DNA of 64,000 nt from Macrostomum lignano (lineage: Eukaryota). Each line of letters starts with the position of its first letter. The first letter of the stretch is position 1. Below are positions 25,801 to 36,086 of the stretch, one piece after another. Where the stretch lies: contig NIVC01001130.1 of the NCBI GenBank assembly GCA_002269645.1, forward strand, positions 248,001 through 312,000, given 5' to 3'. The position numbers and the translations under genes were made by a program. Below the pieces are notes generated by a model. The model did not search any database and had not been told where the DNA came from. It was given only the letters and a program-made list of their open reading frames with translations.

Positions 25801-28297
25801 TAATCATTTTTTTCATTCGCAGTAGCTACTGATTAATAATATTTCAGCAGGAATAGTCGCAGCAGGCACTAAAAAAATCGTGAACGCGAAAGGCTTCCTC
25901 AATTTTGAAAAACTTTTTTCTTTAGTATCTCGGAAAGGCTTCAAAAAGGTGCTGGACTAGTAACATACTTATAAGTTTGGGTAGTGAGCTAGTATGAAAA
26001 CAGAAGTTTTCCCGGTATCGCATCAGCTCCCTCCTGCAGCTGGATGGTCATCATGCACAGACAGGCCTTGCGTCAGAAGTTAGAAGATTAATAAAGAAAA
26101 AATGCATATGCATGTTTCGCTGAGCATTAAGAAGCGCTGTTTGTTTATGATTCATATAGTTTGACTGCAGATGTACCTACCTGGTAAGTGGGTGTGTAGT
26201 CTTGTTTTTATTTTTGTATGAAGATCCACTGGGTCTTAACAAAGTATTTGGAGCGAGTTAAATGAATCGAACAATATATGAAGTATGGTAATGGAAATTT
26301 AAAAAATCCATGGTATTTGCGTATTTCGGTAAGAAAGGAGTGACTGGTTTGGGGAACTAGACTAATGTACAAATAAAATCAGACAAAGGCTGCCCCTCAG
26401 CGAAAAGTCATCACTTGGCCTCGCAATGCTCTGTTAAAAAAAACAGAAAAGTGGTAGGCTGGCAGTTGAAAGAGGAAAGTGACGACTGCTGCTGCTGCTG
26501 AGTCAGTTTATTATCAGAAAAAGTCTGCAGAGCTGAGTTTGTCAGATAGTTCCAGAGCGCTGGATCCACTGCATGGGGGCGCCTGGGCTCTTGCAGTGTG
26601 CGTGCTGCATGACTGATCGCGAGAGACAAACGCGAGGACAAGGCAACAAAAAAATGAAAAGCGCGATGGCGATGTGACATGTTCGGTGGCCGTGGGACAA
26701 TGCGAACAAACCACATTGAGGGGTTATTGTAATATATTTTTCCGAAAGATAATAGGGTATCTGGAGAAAGAGAGCAAAAAGTGAGGAGAAAATTGGGAGA
26801 TAGCTCGTGAGTAGTATAAATTGGGAAGTCGCCACAGGGAAAGCAGCACCTTCGCAATAACGTACACCACTTTGTATCTGAATCGATTAAAAACTGAATA
26901 ACTGGCAGAAATAAGAATTATTGTTGAAGTCCAGTTCATTTCGTTAGAAAACTGGAAGGGGAAGAACTTCCCATCAAATCGCCTCATAGGGATGCCCCTA
27001 GATGTTTGATGGTCAATGAATATTTATCTTATCTTTCTATAGTAATAACAGCAAGGTTTTACTACTACTTAATAATAATTTCAGCTTATAGGCACCCTGG
27101 CGCAACGTCTTCGGCGATATCGTCCCACACAAACAGCGCCGAGGCAATTCTGGTCTTCCCGTTGATTCCTGAGCAATGCGCCAATGGTGTACGCAGGCAT
27201 ACATTAGTATATACTCTCACACAAGGGTGTACAGCGGCCCTGACTTTCTAATCTAATCGTCAGGCATGTGCACTCTCTGGGCCTTGGAGGGTGCCTTTAA
27301 GGTTGACCGACAAACCCTGGCCAATTACCGCATTTACCGCGGAGCTATTTTCCTCTCCAGGTTTTAGCCTTCTTTCAGGCGCCTCTTCCACATCATTAAA
27401 GAAGTGAGAGCTCTGTTTCCTGGCCAGAAATCTAGATTGAGTTGCGCATGGCTACTGACCAAGGCAAGTCCTCGACTCTTGAACTTGAACGGTCGCTGAA
27501 CCAATTTTAGATTTTGAGCATTTCTCCAGTATACTCAGCCACGTTTTTTAAACTATGAGCAGCGCCGCGACTATCGGGCAATGAGGAGGCTGAGAAAGTA
27601 AACGCAAATTCTCGAGTGGTGAGCCGTTGAAGCGTCCTGAAGCTCCAGCGAGTTTGAAATTGCTCTCTTGAGTTAACAGACAGCTGCGTGGCTGTATTTC
27701 ACTAGCCATCTAGCTCTACAGTATACTCTCCCCACCCTGCCATTACCTCGCCCAGACCAGCCTGCTCACAGCTTCATTAGGGGGGGGGGATCGGGCAGAG
27801 ATGGAGGAGGTTCCCAAGACTCGAGGAGAATGGCAGGAAAGCAGCAGGTTTGCGGATTGCTTTCTCTATATTCCTTTTTTCTCTCCCTTCCACTCTGTGA
27901 CCCCCTTCTTGGTCCACGAGATTTTTTGTTTGGCCCAGCGGCCCAACTGATTCTCCGATCAGTGCGTGAGCATTGCAAACGAATTGCAATAAAAATCATA
28001 TATAGCTTACAGGAAAAACCAGACCAAAATAATATTGCAGCAGTTTATTGAGAATCACGACTGCTAACACTTAGTGAAAAAATATTCATATTTCATCTCG
28101 CGGAATGCAGTGTGCATAAAGTGCACTGAAGACCGAGGCCAAGTCAAACAAGGATTCAAGATCTACACAACTTACATTTATATACCCGCCCGCAGAATCT
28201 GCACGTGCCAGACTTCGAAGGACTCATTAAGGACGTGAGAATTAACGACAACTATGTGAGAACTGCTCACACCAACCAGCGAGTAGGGGAATGCTAA
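19895..28297 (+). CDS. Secreted laminin-G-domain protein. Exons 19895-20058, 23674-23878, (unresolved middle), about 24944-25033 and 28196-28297.
   Basis: Exon 1 encodes MQLLLLLLLLVLAPLELAQVAA..NCFSIRQGGRVRY and ends AA|gtgaga (phase 2). It joins tttttag|C GCG in frame to AVITLKF..KDGVILYLAG..DYMGLYLKDG. Later segments give HYVGG and the terminal PDFEGLIKDVRIND...GEC*, which are typical LamG motifs. One internal exon junction could not be resolved. Confidence 0.6.
20176..20905. repeat. 35-bp then 38-bp minisatellite (ATAGAATCTGTGGCTGGAGTGACACA...)
   Basis: Period 35 (20211 to 20246), then 38 (20459 to 20497). Confidence 0.97.
22330..22533. repeat. 41-bp tandem repeat, about 5 units
   Basis: ACATTGAGGT at 22330, 22371, 22412 and onward. 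Confidence 0.95.
27091..27700 (-). mobile_element. 5'-truncated LINE (RTE-like) remnant. Its 3' end is also found at 30883-30980 and 40382-40540.
   Basis: The minus strand gives degenerate RT C-terminal motifs (NGSPLE.L, LLxxxKTW resembling LLYGxETW). It is followed by a segment with CCCTGGCGCA..GCGAxATxGTCxCACA shared by all three copies, each abutting an A/TAA-rich tail. Confidence 0.45.
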
Positions 28298-29710
28298 ACC
28301 AAAACCGTACTCGGAGCAACAAAACAAACTAAATCTCATGACATAAATCGTAACTAATCTATTTGAACCAATATTCCTGCGCACACGGACAGACTGTAAA
28401 TTGGCAAACAATAAGCAGGTGGTTGAATATGAAAAATTCCTCATTGTCTCTGTGCAAGTATCTGATCTCTCTCTCTCTCTCTTGGTGCAATCAAGGAAAT
28501 TCATTTCTTTGACAGTTAAACCCTGGTCCAGATCTTTGTGTATACAACTGACAGGGAAAGGACACGCCAAGCTGAAAGCAAATAACCCAGAAAATGCGAT
28601 GCAATCTGCACTATTCTGGGAATAAGAAACTGTAAACTGTTTAACTATGCTTCGCTGTGACATATATCTAAACTACTGTAAGTAACAATTTCAGTCCCAT
28701 AAATAAAATGTATAACTTTTTAAATAAAAGCGCATAATAAAATTGTCAAATTAGCAACATAAAATGTTTAGAGCTGTTCATTTCTCCAAAGAACCGGTGG
28801 CTCGCACGCACCGTATATTTGCAAGCATCTATGATAAATACTGTTAAATAAATGCCAGGTTCTACATAAACTACAAAGATAATTATGAAAATTATTGCCA
28901 GTAAAAGTTAAAGCCCAACGCAGACATCAGCGGATGAAGTGCCTGAAATTGAAATAGGTTTTCACCATTTAATTAGCAATAAAATAGTTGAAATATCGTT
29001 AATGATGTACAAGTGGCAAATCAAACTCAGGACTTCTTAGAGGATAGATATCGGTCTGATCATGCTCAGATTCAACAATTGTAAAACAAAGCTCTCATCA
29101 TGTCAACTAACGAGCTAACGCTCGTAATATCGAAAGACAACAAATAGTTTATTAAGGATTGCTCACCTTGTGCTGTAGATTAAATTTAACCAACAGATAT
29201 CTGAAAAAAAGCAAATTGCAGAAGGAATTTTATCCAAAAATAGAGGCATTGTATAGAAAATCTGGTTGAAAGTTCGTTCGTTTGATATTATCAGAACTTC
29301 TTAGAGTTGCGCTACACGAGAATGCAATTTAATTAGGCAATTCTTCAACTAATTGTATTTGTCATCACGCCTATAGAAACATCTATAAACATATTTAATA
29401 ACCACTACAGCCGCTGCCAACGTTGTACAGCACTCACCATTTAGCTCGTACATGTAGCATTTTAGAACATCACAACCTGAAATGAAAAAACGTACATTTT
29501 ATATGCTTGGATAGAATAATATCAGTTATCAATTCACTTAGTCAGTAATACACATATATTCAGGACTTCTTAGAGGATAATGTTATCTGATCATGCTCAG
29601 ATTCAAATATAATATAGTTTCATCATAATCATCATTTTTTAATCATTGGGCAGCAATGATTCACCCAATGTTCGTAATAGCTACCCTACCATAGAAATTC
29701 CTACCTAAGA

Positions 29711-30313
29711 AGCTACTAGACAACCTACTCAGCAACGCTACTAGACAACCTACTGAGCGAAGCTACTAGACAACCTACTGAGCGAAGCTACTAGACAACC
29801 TACTGAGCGAAGCTACTAGACAACCTACCCAGCAAAGCTACTAGACAACCTACTGAGCGAAGCTACTAGACAACCTACTGAGCGAAGCTACTAGACAACC
29901 TACTGAGCGAAGCTACTAGACAACCTACCCAGCAAAGCTACTAGACAACCTACCCAGCAAAGCTACTAGACAACCTACCCAGCAAAGCTACTAGACAACC
30001 TACCCAGCAAATCTACTAGACAACCTACCCAGCATATCTACTAGACAACCTACCCAGCAAAGCTACTAGACAACCTACCCGACAAAGCTACTAGACAACC
30101 TACCCAGCATATCTACTAGACAACCTACCCAGCAAATCTACTAGACAACCTACCCAGCATATACTAGACAACCTACCCAGCAAAGCTACTAGACAACCTA
30201 CCCAGCATATCTACTAGACAACCTACCCATCAAATCTACTAGACAACCTACCCAGCATAATATCTACTAGACAAACTACCCAGCAAAGCTACTAGAGAAC
30301 CTACCCGGCAAAG
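29711..30313. repeat. 25-bp minisatellite (AGCTACTAGACAACCTACCCAGCAA)
   Basis: Direct reading. It abuts the stop codon of the DUF2236 gene. Confidence 0.97.
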
Positions 30314-31700
30314 CTACCGAGCATCACGGAGAGTGTCCGCCAGCCACCAGACGGGCAGATCCAGGTGCATCTGCCGGCAGGCGCGGGCAAAAAGTGCCCG
30401 ATGAAATCGGCGAGGCGCACAGGCCAGCAGGCGGAGCAGGCAGCGCAGCAGGCCGGCCAGGGCTGCGTGGACAACCGGTCGGTAGCCGACGGATGCCAGG
30501 GCGCGTCGGCGCATCGCGTCGGGCGCGGAGGCGGCCTCCAAAAAGACGGCGACCACCGCCGGCGGCGAGAAAGACGAAAGCAGCAGACGCAGCGGAAGCA
30601 GAAGGAATCTTAATAGCAACGGAGAGTGCCGGTCTCCGGCGATCAGGCAGATGCCGGCGGAGAGGGCTTCGGCTAGGGGAAGAAACTGCGGCGGCGGCGC
30701 CTGGAGGGCCGAGATCAGCCTAAGCTGCACATCGCCGCACGCCGATCGACAACTGCATTATTAGTTGAAATGGAATCAATATGCAAAGCCAAGTGATATA
30801 CTGTAGCATTCAAGGGTTGTGCAAAACTTTTACAGTGCTGAGACTGTGGGAGTTCACAATATTAACACTATTATTTACAGGAAGGCTGCGTGCACCCTGG
30901 CGCAACGCCTTCGGCGAAATCGTCTCACAATCAGCGTTGAGGCAATTCTGCCCATTCCGCTGACTCCTGAGCCCTCATGGATTGAATTACATTCACAAGA
31001 CATTCGCAGTCTATTCAGCTGCGTACTAACCGCGCCCAACTCTGCTTAACTTGCAGAGAATAAAGGAGAAACACTGCTACAATTACTCAATTTAATGTGT
31101 ACATAATAGTAGAAACCTTCTGAGATCTCCACTCAGCGCACTGTCGGCCTCGGTCATGCCCAGCGACAAGCTGATCCGGTGCCAATGACGCGCGTAGGCA
31201 GCCAGAATCAGCTGTTGCCGCTCGCCGCCGTCAAGCCGGATGCCGAACATGCGGCTGTGCAGCAGCGCGTAGGCTACAAACGCAGTCTGCACGGTGCGCA
31301 TATCGTCGGCTGGGAAATCTGCGCCAACTCCACGCCGTTCTGGCTGAACAGACGCGGCAGCCACTGCGTGAGCGCGACGCACCGCTACAGACGATTGGCC
31401 AGCTTGACAATTGGGATCGAGCGGATCGCCCAGATGCCAGGCGATCACGTGACGCGCTGTGGATAGATAACGATGAAGCGCTTTAACTGGCTGGTCGGAT
31501 CGGCGCGTAGCGGCCAGCACGGTAGACAGGGGCGCGAGCGATAGGCCGGTCATGAGGGAGAACAGCAGAGCGGCTAGACAGGAGGCGAAGTTGTCGGCCA
31601 GTAGGCAAAAAGCGACACGCTGGTCGGCCTCTGCCAGCAGTCCGTCGCTAGTTGGGGAGCTGCTGCCAGAACGCTGAGAATCATCAGCAGCACCGTCCAT
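30314..31700 (-). CDS. MpaB/rubber-oxygenase catalytic-domain-like (DUF2236) protein, 329 aa. Exons 31700-31117 and 30719-30314.
   Basis: Motifs SLMTGL..VLAAT.RS..P.KA.HRYLSTARHVIAW, VRRAH, DDMRTVQTAF and RHWHRISLSLGM match the pattern of animal DUF2236 proteins. A phase-2 intron (AG|gtttct ... gcagcttag|G) joins the two ORFs in frame. Confidence 0.72.
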
Positions 31701-31852
31701 AATGCCGGGATGCTCACGCTAAATATACGATTTCCAAGAATCCGTGATCTGACAAGACACGAACTTGCTTGCAAGTAACATTCTTGAAGGTCATCCGCCA
31801 TAAGAATAAAACAATTAACGGTTATAAACTCGACTGCTTATTACTAATAATA

Positions 31853-33280
31853 AATACTATAGCTCGCACCCAGAAGTAAAAGCTGATGTGATAAAAACAA
31901 CTCTCAATGTGCGCGCATCACGGGGTGGGCCAGCAAATGGAGACAACTTTTAAAAATAAAAGTTGCAATGCTAGACCACACGTTAAACACGCGTTCAGTA
32001 AGCTGAATAGTCTACCTGCCGTTGTCTCTGTGGATCAGTTTACTTTAAAGTTGTACTGTTCGACAGCAAGTGGGCAGGCACTGAGTAATAATATAGCTTT
32101 TTGCAGCCCATTTGGGCTTACGCGCATTGAATTTAATCCAAGATATGTTTGTCAAAGTAATGGAGCTTTTGTCTATGGTAGCAAGGCTGGCACAGCGGCA
32201 TTTAATTTGGCCCAACAAGCATCAATTTGGTCCATTTAGTTCATTTGCAGCTCAGTCCCAGAATTGTGGACCATATTCTAGGCTGTTGAACGAATGTCAT
32301 TGGCTTGTGATCGAAGCACTCGACGGAGGTGAACACCCAAAGGACATTGCAAGGTTGCTGAATGTAAAAGAAAAGGTGGTTTACAGCATCCAGCAGCGCG
32401 TTGAAACTCTGCCGGCAGAGATTGCCTGCGAAAGGGTGGCAATCGCCAAGGAAAGTTGCTCGAGAGCCTCAGGTCCAACTGCTACTCGATGCAGTGGAGA
32501 CGAACCCTTTGTTGACGTTTCAGAAAATGCAGCAGAAGTTGAGGGAACAGTTCCAGTTGGTTATCAGATTTTGACTATCAGCAGAGCTCTGGAAAAGCAA
32601 CTGAAAATTTTTGGTAGAGAAGCTGACATTCCAGCGGTGCGCAACAACCTGCAGACGGTTGAGAGAAGGCAAGAGTTTGTCCAATGGCTCACGAGTGTTT
32701 GGACCAAATGGATGCTTTTTGGACCAAATTAAATGCGCTGCGCCAGCCTTGGTACCATAGACCAAAGCTCTGTTGCATTGGCAAACGTATCTTGGATTAA
32801 ATTAAATGCGCGTAAGCCCAAATGGGCTGCAAAATGCTATATAATAAAGCTGTTATCATCATTAATTTATTCAAATACTCGCTTATTTCCTCTCACATCC
32901 GGTTCTGTCTATGGCTTTTCTAACCGAGTTGAATGATACACATAGGATTTGTCTATGGCTTTTCCAATCGAGTTAAATGATGACACGAATTTAGATTGTG
33001 TTTTCTAACCGAGTTAAGTATAGGAAATACTATAGCTCCATACCTACAAGTAAAAGATGATGCGATAAAAACAGATCTCAATGTGCGCGCATCACGGGGT
33101 GGGCCAGCAAATGGAGACAACTTTTAAAAATAAAAGTTGCAATGCTAGACCACACGTTAAACACGCGTTCAGTAAGCTGAATAGTCTACCTGCCGTTGTC
33201 TCTGTGGATCAGTTTACTTTAAATTTGTACTGTTCGACAGCAAGTGGGCAGGCACTGGGTAATAATATAATAAAGCTGTT
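31853..33280. repeat. Local duplication: 31853-32093 repeated at about 33026-33270
   Basis: The near-identical block including ATGTGCGCGCATCACGGGGTGGGCCAGC occurs at 31907 and 33081. Confidence 0.93.
32094..32839 (+). mobile_element. Non-autonomous Tc1/mariner-type element, 746 bp, with about 145-bp TIRs and a TA TSD
   Basis: TIRs TAGC(T/A)TTTTGCAGCCCATTTGGGCTTACGCGCA at both ends; TA at 32092-93 and 32840-41. Internal HTH-like GEHPKDIARLLNVKEKVVYSI and RRQEFVQWL remnant, with no DDE domain. Confidence 0.85.
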
Positions 33281-33394
33281 TTTTATTGTTAGTATACTCG
33301 AATAATCGCTCATTTGCTGACACACCTGTTTTGTCTTTTTGTATGGGTTTTCTTTGCACATGTTTCTCTGGGGCTTTTCTAACTGACTTAAGGG

Positions 33395-34150
33395 ATACAC
33401 AAGTGGATTGTCTACAGTTTTCTATCCAAGTTGATGGGTGCAGATGTGGATTGTCTATAGTTTTCCATCCAAGTTGATGAGTTACACATGTGGATTGTCT
33501 ATAGCTTTCCATTCAAGTTGATGGGTGCAGATGTGGATTGTTTATAGTTTTCCATCCAAGTTGATGGGTACACGTGTGGATTGTCTTATGGCTTTCCATT
33601 CAAGTTGATGGGTGCAGATGTGGATTGTTTATAGTTTTCCATCCAAGTTGATGAGTACACGTGTGGATTGTCTTATGGCTTTCCATTCAAGTTGATGAGT
33701 GCAGATGTGGATTGTCTTATGGCTTTCCATTCAAGTTGATGGGTGCAGATGTGGATTGTTTATAGTTTTCCATCCAAGTTGATGAGTACACGTGTGGATT
33801 GTCTATGGTTTTCCATTCAAGTTGATGAGTACACGTGTGGATTGTCTATGGTTTTTCATCCAAGTTGATGAGTGCACGTGTGGATTGTCTATGGCTTTCC
33901 ATTCAAGTTGATGAGTGCACGTGTGGATTGTCTATGGCTTTCCATTCAAGTTGATGAGTGCAGATGTGGATTGTCTATGGCTTTCCATTCAAGTTGATGA
34001 GTGGAGATGTGGAATGTCTATGGCTTTTCAACCAAGTTGATGAGTACACATGTGGATTGTCTATGGTTTTCTAACCGAGTTAAAGAGTGCTCATGTGTAT
34101 TGTCTATGGCTTTTAAAACTTGGTTTAAAAATACACATGCGGATTGTTTA
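33395..34150. repeat. About 43-bp minisatellite (GTGGATTGTCTATGGCTTTCCATTCAAGTTGATGAGTGCACGT)
   Basis: Period 43 (33880 to 33923), with 44-bp variants. Confidence 0.95.
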
Positions 34151-34856
34151 TGGGTTATCTAATGGACGACACATTTGGAGATCTATGACTTTCCTAATTG
34201 CAGTTATAAATCTATAGCTCGTAAAAGCATATATTCGTTCGGATATTTAATAAAGTCGAAAAATACAAGTATTAAACGATAAATACTGTTTCGCACTGAA
34301 AATCCTATAACAATTTAGCTATTAGAATCAATATTTGCCTTATAATCTATTTACAAAAAAACAAAGGCAGTAATAGTTAACTGCAAGTTGCCTTGCATCG
34401 AATTCACGTGTTTATTTAGCACTGAACAATTTTGCAGAGCCAGCCAACTAAAGTACATATTGAGCCACCGTTTCTAAATAATAATGGGCTGGTACACAAT
34501 TATCAAATGAAATTTTCTGTTCGCTTGTATTGAATGCATACTCTTGTACAACAGAGGTCCAAAATGCGATTAAAATAACGGTAGCTACAAGAACGCTTTG
34601 CAAGTTATTAAGATAAGCTACGAGCGTTGTAAAATCAGACGAAATATTTTGCTGCATCCCGCATACATTAGCACAAGAAGGGCCACATTAATGACTTTCA
34701 TTTTAACGTACAGGCCGAGAATTTTTTATTAAACTGACACTTCACAATATATTAATTGTTTGAAATGTCTATGGTCCAAAACTAGATTCACTGGCAATGA
34801 CACTTAAGCAATAACTGGTCATTGCTTGGCAATTGTACCTCTAAAGAACCAGGCTA

Positions 34857-35153
34857 GGGGTTGTAGCCTAGTGATTAGAGCTTCGAACTCACGACTGAAA
34901 GGTCGGGGGTTCGATTCTCGACCCACTCGGAACAATTTGTGTCCTTGAGAAAATATTTAACTCTGCATTGCTTCAGTTCACCCAGCTGTAAAATGGGAGC
35001 TAGCATTAACTCGGGTAATTGAGGGTGTGTGGCAACCCCCAGTCCTTGGACTGACAAGATTTACGCAGCCTTCAGATGCACCGCGCAATAGCTGCGGCTG
35101 AGCTGTCGGTTGCACATCTCTTTATGAGGGCAGGTTTAATTTATTATCATTAT
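34857..35153 (+). mobile_element. tRNA-headed SINE, copy 2
   Basis: Colinear with 16106-16395; B box GGTTCGATTC; GTGTCCTTGAG..CACCCAGCTGTAAAATGGG core. Confidence 0.85.
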
Positions 35154-36086
35154 GAAAGAACCATAGACAAGTCGACCAATAAAGACCCATTGTGACGAAA
35201 AAATAGTCCAGCCAAAACCGAGAGATCTGACGTCACATCGCAAAATCAGGGAAAAGATTGGCCTTCAATGTGGCTAAAAACTTTTTTTGCATTTTATGGA
35301 AAGCGAATGGCCCATCTAGTGCTTGAGGATCTTGTGCTCCAACCGAATGGATCAACTGGATCAAAATGGATCAAGTCTTGAGTCGTTATGGACCTTGACG
35401 ACAATGATTTTCGGAGGTATGTTTTCTAAAAGATCCCGAATAAAAATTCAGTCTGTGTCCTTGGATTTCATGCGCCTGCGAGTCAATGTTCGAGCTCACA
35501 AACAGTGTAGTTCCTCTGCTGAATACTCTGCTTATTGCGAATTTGTTTATTAACTACTCTGGAATGACCCAAAAGTGAGTGACACACGATAAAGTTAAAA
35601 CCTTATGATATACAGTCCGCAAGCTAAAAACACATGAGCAGTAAGCTAAAAACAAAAAACAACAAGTTGAAACAAATATGAGTAGCTATAATACGACTAT
35701 ATATATATACGACTTACAACAAGGACAAGGTGATATATGCAACAATGCGCATAGTTAATATTGATTGCTATTGAAGTGCCAGTCGAGCACAGGTTAGTAG
35801 CACACACGGATATACAGGTAGAAAACTTATATTCATGTATCAATTTTGACATTGAAAAAGAATTATACATAATGACTAACATGAAACGAAAATCAAGAGT
35901 TTAATCTATCTCTCTATACTACTTACAGCAGATAGGCATGCATAGCGAATTGTAAAAAAGTAAGTCTAGCATTTATCATCGGGTTATATTAGCTAGCTAG
36001 AAGAATATTATACATGTAGCTAATATATACACTTGGCAACGTCGCTTGCTTGGCGGAGAGGTAATTAAAAGCTTATTTGTTAGTTC

